Of a DNA stretch of 17,456 nt, positions 1 to 9,400 are shown in pieces (position 1 is the first letter of the stretch; every line of letters starts with the position of its first letter). The DNA comes from Fonticula alba ATCC 38817 (Eukaryota; Protista; Nucleariida), in NCBI GenBank assembly GCA_000388065.2, contig KB932205.1; one strand, written 5' to 3'. A model generated the notes under the pieces. The model saw nothing but the letters and a program-made list of their open reading frames with translations, ran no database searches and had not been told where the DNA came from. Both the position numbers and the translations under genes were made by a program.

Positions 1-82
1 CCCCCCCGTCCCTTGCCCGGTGCCATAGTCTGACCGTCGGTGCCGGACCGGCCCTCGCCCTTGCCCCCGGCCAATGGCGCAG

Positions 83-936
83 CCACGCCCGGGACCCCGG
101 CGTCGATGGCCCTCTTCCAGAATGAGGTGGCCATCATGTGGCTGCTGCGCCAGCACCCGAACATCGTCCGGCTGTATGGGTACGGCGACCAGCCGCCGGC
201 CATCGTCATGGAGCGCTACCAGGCGGACCTCGACACGCTGCTGCACTCGGAGGTGCCGCTAGCGGGCCCGGTGCTGCTGGACATCGTCCACCAGTGGGCC
301 ACCGGCCTGGAGGCCATGCATGCCCACGGGGTGGCCCACTGCGACCTGAAGCCGGCCAACATCTTCCTCACCCAGCAGCCGGATGGCGCCTGGCACGCGG
401 CCCTCGGCGACCTGGGCACCTCGCGCAACCTCTCCTCCGACCGGTCCTCCACCCTGACCGTGCCGATGCCCGAGCTGAATGCCCTGACCGGGCGCTATGC
501 CGCGCCGGAGGTGATCGCCGCCTTCCGGCGGGGCATCATCCTCGAGCGCGACCTCTTCCTCCCGGCGGACATCTTCAGCGCGGCCATCATGCTGTGGGAG
601 TGCCTTGGCCGCATGGCCCCCTGGGCGGGTGCGCATTTGTGGCTTGCCTACGCCCCCCCGACTCCCCTGCCGAAGCACACCGACTGACCCCCCGCCACTT
701 GCGCCCCCCTTCCCCCAGGCAACACCCTGGCGGCCATCTTCGAGCAGGTGACCGCCGGGGGTCGGCCGGCCGCCGGCGCGGTGCCCGTCGCCCCGGAGCT
801 GGCCCCGGTGGCGGAGCCCTTGCGCGACCTCCTCACCCTTGCCTGGGCGCAGGACCCCCTCCTGCGCCCCTCGGCCCAGGCCTTCCGCCAGCGGTGCACC
901 ATGTGCCAGGTCACGTCCATGGGTGGCGGCCGGTAG
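83..936 (+). CDS. Gene A: 3' part of a TKL-like Ser/Thr protein kinase (probable receptor kinase, paralog of gene B); exons 83-628 and 719-936, 5' part outside the window
   Basis: Translation shows the alphaC Glu (FQNEV), HCDLKPAN, DLG, YAAPE, DIFS and subdomain XI LRPSA. It is about 72% identical (124/173 aa, hand count, ungapped) to the gene B kinase. Intron 629-718 has GTGCGC...CTGAC(684-688)...CCCCAG, is phase 1 and contains an in-frame TGA. Upstream acceptor CAG at 80-82 has CTGAC at 30-34 and an in-frame TGA at 31-33. Stop TAG at 934-936. Confidence 0.9.
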
Positions 937-1032
937 CCCTGGCGGCCGGTCCGGCACGCCCGCGCTCCGAGCCCGTGCATGGCCCAGTAATGGACTCCCA
1001 GCCTGTCCTCACGGCAGGTGGCCGGGCCCGCG

Positions 1033-1065
1033 GTGTGTGTGTGTGTGTGTGTTTGTGTGTGTGTG
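1033..1065. repeat. (GT)n microsatellite
   Basis: (GT)10-TT-(GT)5-G read directly from the sequence, in the 3' flank of gene A. Confidence 0.95.
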
Positions 1066-1681
1066 CATGCGCGGGGGGCGGGGGGGGGATGCCCTCGAAG
1101 GGGGGGGCTGGGAAAGGGCCGCGAGCCGCGGCTGGCAGCTTGGACCCCAAGTACCGAGGCAAGGGGTCACACAGGCAAGCGGGCGGGCAGACACGCGGGG
1201 GATGCACAAAGAACGGGGCACTCCCAGGGCTCGCGAGCCCCGGACCGCGGGCACCACACGGGGATGCAGGGCCCGACACCGCCGAAGCGCCGCGCGGCCG
1301 GGAAAAGAACGGCCACGCGATGTGACTCGCCCCGGGCCGGCGACCAGCCGCCCAAGGGGAACATGGGCCCCTGTCGAATGGCGCGGTTCTGGTGTACCAG
1401 ACGGCGGGCGAATGGGCCCCGGCCCGGCGCCCCGGCCGGACCCATGAAACCATCGGCCTGCCCCGGGGCCCGGGCCATGGAGCGCCCAGTCCGGCCCCTG
1501 TGTTCTACCTGGGCCGAGGCCCGGAGCCCATGAACGGGTCGCGGCTCCCCCATCCCGCAGGGGGGGGGGGGGCGGGCACGCCGACCAGAGGCCAAAGCAG
1601 GCCCCGGCAGGGGCGCATCATCTTTCGGAGGGCATGTCCGCGTGTGTGTGCGCGCATGGCCCGGGCATCAAATGTTTACCC

Positions 1682-1803
1682 CAATATATTGATGGCCATT
1701 TCGTTTGCCGGATATTCATGCCGAGGGCCCTTTCCGGACGGCCGCATCGCCTGGCGGTCTGAGCGCCCGGCCGGGCCCCGGGCCGCCGGCCCATTTAAAT
1801 GCC
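1682..1803 (+). promoter_or_regulatory. Candidate core-promoter AT-rich elements of gene B
   Basis: Two perfect 10-bp AT-rich palindromes, CAATATATTG (1682-1691) and CATTTAAATG (1792-1801), lie in otherwise very GC-rich DNA 160-280 bp upstream of ATG 1962. TAAATGCC recurs at a similar distance upstream of gene C. Function is inferred from position only. Confidence 0.35.
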
Positions 1804-1961
1804 CCGACCGGCCGGGCCGCATGCGGGGACTCGCCGGCACCCCTTCCCCGCTAGATCCCCCGCCTCCCTCCCTCCCTCCCTCCCCCCCCCCCGCCCTGCC
1901 CTGCCCTGCCCGGGCCTCCCCTGCCCCGCCGCGCTCGCCGCCTCTCGCCCGCATCCACGCC

Positions 1962-3483
1962 ATGGGCCGCCGGCCCCTCCTCCCGGCGCCCCGGCGGGTC
2001 TGGGCCATCGCCCTGTCGCTGGGCCTCCTGCTGGGCGCACACCTGGCCGGGGCCTGGCTCGACACACTGGGGGCCCGGTTCGGGCCGGGCCGGCCGGCGG
2101 CCGACAGCATGGCCGCCCTGAGCACCCCCCCGCCGGAGGTGCACCTGATGCGCTCGGCCCGGCCGCTGTCGCCCCTCGGCAGGACCCCCTTCCTGGGCAG
2201 CTACCAGACCGGCGCCGAGGCGTGGTACATCCGCCTGCTGTCCAACTACCAGGCGGCGGTCTTCAACCAGGCGCAGGTGTTCTTCTCGCTCTTCGCCGAC
2301 CAGCGAACCGGGTGCACCTTCGGCACGGCGGTCGCCAGTGTGCTTGGCGCGGCCGACATGCCGGGGCCCTTCAACTATCCGATCCTGCCGGTGGCATCGC
2401 CGGGCGCCCTGCCGGCGCTCTTTGCCTTCGACGCCCAGTCGGTGGCCCTGTCCCTGGCCTCCGGGCCGCGGATCCATCGGATTGGCAGCTTCAATTTGCT
2501 GGCGGTGTCGGCCCCGTCGGGCGCCGTGGTGCACATGCTCATCTGGCACCATGGCGATGAGCGGTTCTACGTGGGCCAGCTGGAGGACCGTGGGCTCTTC
2601 CTGTTCCAGGTGAACCTGGATGTGCCCCTGGCGCCGGCCGGGGCCCGCGCCGCCGTCGGCCATGGCAACACCTTCCACCTGTGGAGCGGCGGCTACTACG
2701 CGCGTGTGGTTGTGCCGCCGGTGTCGCCGCCGGCCGGGGCGGCCGTCGGCCTGCTGACTGGCCGGATGCCCGCGGCCGAGGTGGAGGCCACCTCGGCCGG
2801 CGTGCTGGCCGGCGCCGATGGCCCGGGCGGCCCGGGCGGCCCGGGCGGCCAGGCGGCCGGCGCGGCCCTCTTCCACTTTGTGGATGTGGCCTCGACGCGG
2901 CTGGTGGCCGGCAGTCCCGAGGACACGATCGCCCTCCTGGACAACGGGGTGATGTACATCTGCCGCGGCAGCCATCTGGCCAATTGCCCGGCCCCGATGC
3001 AGGTCCCGGTCCCGGTGGCCGACCCGTCCGCCGGGAGGCTGCTCGTGCCGAGCACCCATGAGCTCGGCCACCCGATCAGCTGGCTGGTGCTGCGCGAGTC
3101 GCAGCCCGGCCCCCAGGCCGGGGTCTTCTGGCAGGCCACCCTGCAGCCGGAGACCGGGGCCTTTGCCTTCTGGCTGAAGATGGTGCTCCCGGCCGGTGCC
3201 GAGGCGCCCGCGGCCCTGCGGCCGGTGGCCATGCGCGTCAACGACCTGAACATCGGCCGGTGGGCCCTGGCCGGGGAGTATCTCTACCTGGACGGGCAGT
3301 CCTTCGGCTGCGGGCTGGACCCCACCATCGTCTGCAGCACGCCGGCCGCGCCGATGGTGGAGGCCCCCTCCATCGGGTGGGTGTGCGCCCCCGGCAGGGT
3401 TCTCTCCTTCTTGGCCAACCAGGCGGAGTTGTGTGGTGCCTGCATGGCGGGCTGGCGGCTTTCCGTGTCTCCGAATGGCCAGC
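1962..3483 (+). CDS. Gene B exon 1: signal peptide plus about 480-aa Cys-poor N-terminal domain A, ending in the first half of a Cys-rich repeat
   Basis: Open frame within ORF 1392-3647. ATG context gccATGg. Donor C|GTGCGT at 3484 (phase 1) matches the position and phase of gene C intron 1. Confidence 0.8.
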
Positions 3484-6400
3484 GTGCGTCCCCGCCCCCC
3501 CCCCCCTCGCCTGCTTCGCCGTTGTCGGGTGGCCCTTTGCACGTGCGTGCAAGTGTGGCGATGCATGCGGCCGACGAGCTGACCGTCTCCGCCCTGCCTC
3601 CGTTCTGGACCTGGCTGTCCCTTCTTTGCCTGTGTCCGTGTCTCTGATTCCCTCTGCCCCATCTCTTCCATTCTCTCTTCCATAACCTTCCATTCTCTCT
3701 TCCATTCTCTCTTCCATAACCTTCCATTCTCTCTTCCATTACCTTCAATTCTCTCTTCCATCACCTTCCATTCTCTCTTCCATCACCTTCCATTCTCTCT
3801 TCCATCACCTTCCATTCTCTCTTCCATCACCTTCCATTCTCTNNNNNNNNNNNNNNNNNNNNNNNNNNNNNNNNNNNNNNNNNNNNNNNNNNNNNNNNNN
3901 NNNNNNNNNNNNNNNNNNNNNNNNNNNNNNNNNNNNNNNNNNNNNNNNNNNNNNNNNNNNNNNNNNNNNNNNNNNNNNNNNNNNNNNNNNNNNNNNNNNN
4001 NNNNNNNNNNNNNNNNNNNNNNNNNNNNNNNNNNNNNNNNNNNNNNNNNNNNNNNNNNNNNNNNNNNNNNNNNNNNNNNNNNNNNNNNNNNNNNNNNNNN
4101 NNNNNNNNNNNNNNNNNNNNNNNNNNNNNNNNNNNNNNNNNNNNNNNNNNNNNNNNNNNNNNNNNNNNNNNNNNNNNNNNNNNNNNNNNNNNNNNNNNNN
4201 NNNNNNNNNNNNNNNNNNNNNNNNNNNNNNNNNNNNNNNNNNNNNNNNNNNNNNNNNNNNNNNNNNNNNNNNNNNNNNNNNNNNNNNNNNNNATTCTCTC
4301 TTCCATCACCTTCCATTCTCTCTTCCATCACCTTCCATTCTCTCTTCCATCACCTTCCATTCTCTCTTCCATCACCTTCCATTCTCTCTCCCTTCTCGCC
4401 TCCACATCTCTGCCCCCACCCTTGCCTCCACATCTCTGCCCCCACCCTCGCATCCACTCTCGCTTCTCCCGGACACCCACATCCACGCCCCGGCCCCCAG
4501 GCCAGTGCATCCCCTGCGAGGTGCCCTTCTGCCAGTCGTGCGCCGCCACCGGGTGCCTCGTGTGCGAGGACGGCCACCTGCTCGAGGTTGACCCCCTGAC
4601 CGGGGCCACGGCCTGTGTGACAGCCTGCCGGGAGCACTTCCAGCCGAATGGGTCCATCTGCCAGCCGGACGACCCGGGCCTCGGCATGTCCGGCACCCCG
4701 CGCGTCGAGTTCCGCCAGGTCGCGCTTGCCGGCACGTCGGGCGGGGCCCCGCAGCTCGGGTATCTGGCCGCCACGCGACTGGCCCCGGGGCCGGTGGGCA
4801 TGAGCCACGACCTCCGGGTGCCGGAGGCGCTGGCGGCCGGGCCGGCGCCGCACATGCTGGCCCTGCCGCGGCCCGGGTCGTCCGGCCGTGCCATGTGGCT
4901 CTCCCCGGCGGCCGACGGGTCCGGGGCCCTGGGGTCTGTCCTGCTGCCGGACACGGTCCTCGCAGGCCTCCTGAAGCGGGCCCTGGCCTATGTGGAGTTC
5001 GAGCCCTTCACCCTGCCCAATGGGCTGGCTGCCATCATGGGGGTCCTCTGCACGGATGGCGCCATTGCCATCACGCGCGTCGAGTGCCTCGGCCCGGGCA
5101 GCCCCGGGGAGGGCCTCTGCGCCTCCAGCTCCAGCGTGCATGTTCCCCTGCTCGAGAGGTGCCATGAGCTGCGGCAGTTCGACCGGGCCACCGCCATCAC
5201 CCTCACCCCGGGCGGGCTGCTCATGGTGTCGGCCACGCCCGATGCCCGGCGCGTGGTGCGCATCGACCGGACGCCCGCGCTGCCGGCGCGGTTCCCCGCC
5301 CCGGCCGGCTGGCCGGGGCTCATGGTGCGCCCGCGGCTGGAAGACGACGCCGCCGCCGCCGCCGCCGGCTCGGTGGCCGCCTCGCTGGGCATCGTCGACC
5401 TGGCCCGGCTGGCCGACAGCCGGTATGATGGCCTGAGCTCGGCCGCGTCGCGGCGGCCCCTCGGGTCCCGGCTGCCGGTCTGGCTGCCCACCCCCCGGCG
5501 GGCGGCCCACCCCGGGGGGGAGTTTGTCCTGTCCGGGGTCCGGGCCAGTGACGCCGGGCCGGCCGGCACCGGCGTGTGGGATGTCCAGCACTTTCCCCTG
5601 GGGGCCGTGGCCCATGGCCGGACGATGGACCTGCCCAGCAACCAGCTGGTGCTGGCCCTGCTGCCGGCCGGCCCGCCGGCCGCCTTCCAAATCGCGGCCA
5701 TGGAGCTGGCCGACGCCGAGCGCCCGGCGGCCCTGCTCCTGCTGACCGACCTGTATGTCGGCATGTCGGTCCTGCGCTGCCAGGCCGGCAGCGACCTGTG
5801 CTACCTGCAGCCGGGGCGCCTGTTCGGCCTGCCGGGCGCCATCCATCGGCCGGGCACGCTTGCCGTGTTCCCGGCCCCGGCCGGGCCCCCCGGCGCGCAG
5901 GCCGCCCCCGGCCCGCAGGCCAGCCTGCTGCTGCCGATGGAGGACGCCGGGGCCCTGCAGCTGGATGTCCTGCTGGCCGCCTGCCCCGGGGGCACCTTCG
6001 AGCCCAGCTGCCTGCCCTGCCACGAGCGCTGCCTCACCTGCACCGGGCCCGGGCCGGACCGGTGCGCGCGCTGCCGGCTGGCCATGCGCACCGACTTGCA
6101 CACCTGCCTGGACAGCTGCCCGGCCGGTCTCCAGGCCGATTGGGCGTCCGGCCTGTGCGAGTGCCCGGCCGAGTGCGCGGCCTGCTCGCCGGGCCCGGGC
6201 CAGCCGGCCACCGGGGGCCATGTGTGCACGGCCTGCCGGCCGGGCTTCGCCCTTTCGGCCGGCCACCCCGGCGGGGCCTGTCTCCCCTGCCACGGGGACT
6301 GCGAGCAGTGCTCGGCCCCGGGCGAGCCGGCGGCCTGCACCGTCTGCGCCCCCGGGCGCCTTGCCCACCAGGGGGCCTGTGTGCCGGCCTGCCCGGCCGG

Positions 6401-9400
6401 GCTGTGGCCGGACGCCGGGGCCCGGGTGTGCCGCCCCTGCCCCGGGGCCTGCACCCGGTGCACCTCGGCCACCCAGTGCCAGGCCTGCCTGGAGGGGCAC
6501 TTCCGGCCGGGGGACCTGGCCGAGGCCACCTGCCAGCGGTGCGACCCGTCGTGCGCCCAGTGCGACCGGGCCGACGCCTGCCGGACATGCTGGCGGGGGC
6601 TGGTCTTCCTGAACCCCGACCCGGGGGCCGGGTCGCTCTGCGGGGACACCTGCCCGCCGGGGGAGTTCCCCGGGCCCGGCCGGTGCACCGCGTGCGGCAG
6701 CACCTGCGACCTGTGCGCCGGCGGGCCGGACCGGTGCCAGGTGTGCGCCCCGGGGCACCGGTGGCAGGCTGGCCCGCCGGCGGCCGGTGACACGGCCGCC
6801 TGTGTGCCCTGCCCGGCCGGGTGCGCCTCCTGCTCGGCCGACGGCCGGTGCATGGCCTGCGCCGGGGGGCTGGTCCTCACGGCGGCCGGTGGCTGCGCGG
6901 AGGCCTGCCCGGCCGGGCACTTTGCCGACGCCGGCGAGTCCTGCCAGCCGTGCGACCCGAGCTGCGCCGCCTGCTCCGGGCCCGGGCCCGGGCACTGTAC
7001 CGGCTGCGCCCCGGGGCTGGACATGGTCGCCGAGGCTGCCGGCCTGTTCTCCTGCGCGTCCGGCTGCCCGGCGGGCCGGTACCGGGACACGGTGTCCGGC
7101 TCCTGCGAGGCGTGCGACCCGGCCTGCGCCGCCTGCAACGGCCCCTCGGACCGGGACTGCTGGCGGTGCACCGGCGGCCTGCTGCAAGATGGCGCCTCTG
7201 TGCAGCAGTGCGCCGGGCGCCATGTTGCCACCTCCGGCCGGTGCCTCCCCTGCCACGCGTCGTGCGCTGCCTGCGCCGGGACCCGGAGCACCGACTGCGT
7301 CGGCTGCCTGGCCGGGCTGCTTCCCCTGCCGGCCGGGGCCAGCCCCATGCGCTGTGTTCCCGGCTGCCCGGTGGGGTACCGGACTTCCGGGGCCGGCTGC
7401 GCGTCGTGCGGCGGCCACTGTGCCTCCTGCTCGGCCGCCGCGTGCTCCCTTTGCGACCGGGGCTGGCTCCTCGGCGGGCCCGGCTCCCCGGACCCCTGCG
7501 TGCAAACCTGCCCCCCGGGCTCCATGCCCTCGGGCAGCTCGTGCAACGGCTGCCACGGCACCTGCATGATGTGCTTCGGCCCGGCGGCCGACCAGTGCCT
7601 GTCCTGCCGGGCCGAGGCCCCGGTCTTGCTCAATGGCGCCTGCTTGGCTGCCTGCCCGGGCGGGACCTTCGAGTCTGGGCCGACCTGCCTGCCCTGCCAT
7701 GCGACGTGCGGCGCCTGCACCGGCCCCACGCGGCACGACTGCACGGCCTGCCCGGAGGGGCGGCTCCTGCTGGGGACCGAGTGCGTGGCCAGCTGCCCGG
7801 CCGGGCACTACGCCACCGCGGCCGGGGTGTGCACCCCCTGCCATGTGTCCTGTGGCAGCTGCTCCGGGCCCTCGGCCGCCGAGTGCACCGGGTGCGCCCC
7901 TCCGGGCCTCCTGCACCGGGGCGCCTGCGTCGCCTCCTGCCCGGGGGGGCTTCTCGCCTGCCAGCCGACCGGCGCCTGCGAGGCCTGCCCGGCCGGGTGC
8001 GCCTCCTGCGTCGCGACCACAGGCTCGGCCTCCGGCTGTCTGTCCAGCTGCACCGCCTGCGAGACGGGCTTCGCGCTGCTGCCCTCGACCGGCCGGTGCG
8101 TGGACGGCTGCCCGGAGGGCCAGTTCTCCGACGGTGCGGTGTGCCGGGCCTGCGACCCGGAGTGCGGGACCTGCTCCGGGCCGGCGACCTTCTGCACGTC
8201 GTGCGACCGGGGCTTCCTGCGGGTGGACCTCGGCGAGTGTGTGTCCGCCTGCCCGGCGGAGGGCTTCGCCCCGGCGCCAGCACCCAGCCCGGTGTGTCTG
8301 GCCTGCGGGCCGGGGTGCCGGCGGTGTGCGGCCGGCCCGGGGCAGGGCGCGTGCGAGCGCACCGGCGACGGCCGGGTGCAGTGCCCGGCGGCCGAGCGGT
8401 GCGAACTGTGCGCGCACGATCGGCTGCTGCATGGGGCCGGGTGCGTGGGCGAGTGCCCGGACGGGCTCTTCGCCGACTGGGAGGCCGCCACTCCGGGCTG
8501 TCGGCCCTGCCATGCTGGCTGCTCTGCGTGCGTCGGGCCTGAGAAGGCCGACTGCATCGACAGCCCGTCGCCCAGGGAGGCTCTCGGTGCGCACCAATAC
8601 CCTTCTAGACGCTTGGGACATGTTCGGATTTTCTGACCCCCCCCCCCTTCGACCTGCGCTGCCAGCCCTTGGCCTGGGCGTCGGGCTAGGCCTGCTCGCG
8701 CTTTTGCTCCTGGTGCTGGCTATGGTGGTGCTCTGCCTGCGCCTTCGCCGCACTCGCCAGGGCGCCCGGAAGCCGGTACGCTTTGGCTCTCCTTTCGGCC
8801 ATCCCAAACGTGCATCCCCATCACTGACGCCCCTTCCCCCGGCCTTTGCGAAGCCCCCTGATGACGCAGGTGCGCCTCCTTTTCCCTCGATATCTCATCC
8901 CGCCCCCCTCCCCCCCCCTCGCCTGGCGACTGACCCCGCTCGTCCTTCCCGCTGACAGACGCCACCGTGCTCAACACCATGGTCGAGCTGTCGCTCCCCG
9001 GGAGCATCCTGGTGAGCATCACGAATGACTTCGCCCCGCTGGACGAGCAGCTGGGCGCCGGGACCCAGGCGTCGGTCTACGCGGCACACGCCGTCGGGGC
9101 CGGCATCTCCGACCGGCTGGGCTGCCCGGCCACGGTGGCCATCAAGCAGCTGCGGGCCGAGCGGCTGAAGCCCACGCAGGTGGTCCTCTTCCAGAATGAG
9201 GTGGCCCTGATGTGGCTGCTGCGCGACGCGCCGAACGTCGTCCGGCTGTACGGCTACAGCGACCAGCCGCCGGCCATCGTGATGGAGCGCTTCGATACGG
9301 ACCTGGCCACGCTGTTGCACTCGGAGGTGCCGCTTGGGCAGGCGGCCCTGCTGGACATCTGCCAGCAGTGGGCCTCCGGGTTGGAGGCCATGCACGCGCA

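Noticed and set aside
111-120. CCTCTTCCAG as the splice acceptor of gene A
   Set aside because: These bases are identical to the coding LFQ of gene B, so they are exon sequence. The AG at 81-82 fits the residue spacing better.
940-1660. Assorted short ORFs and GC palindromes between genes A and B
   Set aside because: They translate the GT microsatellite and G runs and are expected by chance at this GC content. No coherent splice or domain signal.
1392-1961. N-terminal extension of the 751-aa ORF upstream of ATG 1962
   Set aside because: It starts at GTG, translates C-rich and G-rich low-complexity tracts, and would bury the signal peptide. More likely promoter and 5' UTR.
2820-2846. 9-bp repeat GGCCCGGGC x3
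   Set aside because: In-frame slippage encoding a GPG-GPG-GPG linker, with no sign of independent function.
3662-4389. Minisatellite as a CRISPR array or as human satellite II/III contamination
   Set aside because: Units are contiguous with no unique spacers and no cas genes. The TTCCAT core resembles satellite II/III, but the 22-bp period differs and the array grades into intron sequence on both sides.
4350-8807. 1485-aa minus-strand ORF, and similar ORFs at 1851-3764, 13060-14916 and 14941-17427
   Set aside because: All are in codon register with the + strand genes. An antisense stop needs a sense TTA, CTA or TCA, which GC3-rich coding avoids. The products are low-complexity Gly/Ala/Arg/Pro with no motifs.
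8858-8864. CTGATGA as a hammerhead ribozyme core
   Set aside because: No downstream GAAA or flanking stems, and the sequence is explained as Pro-Asp-Asp codons of the microexon.
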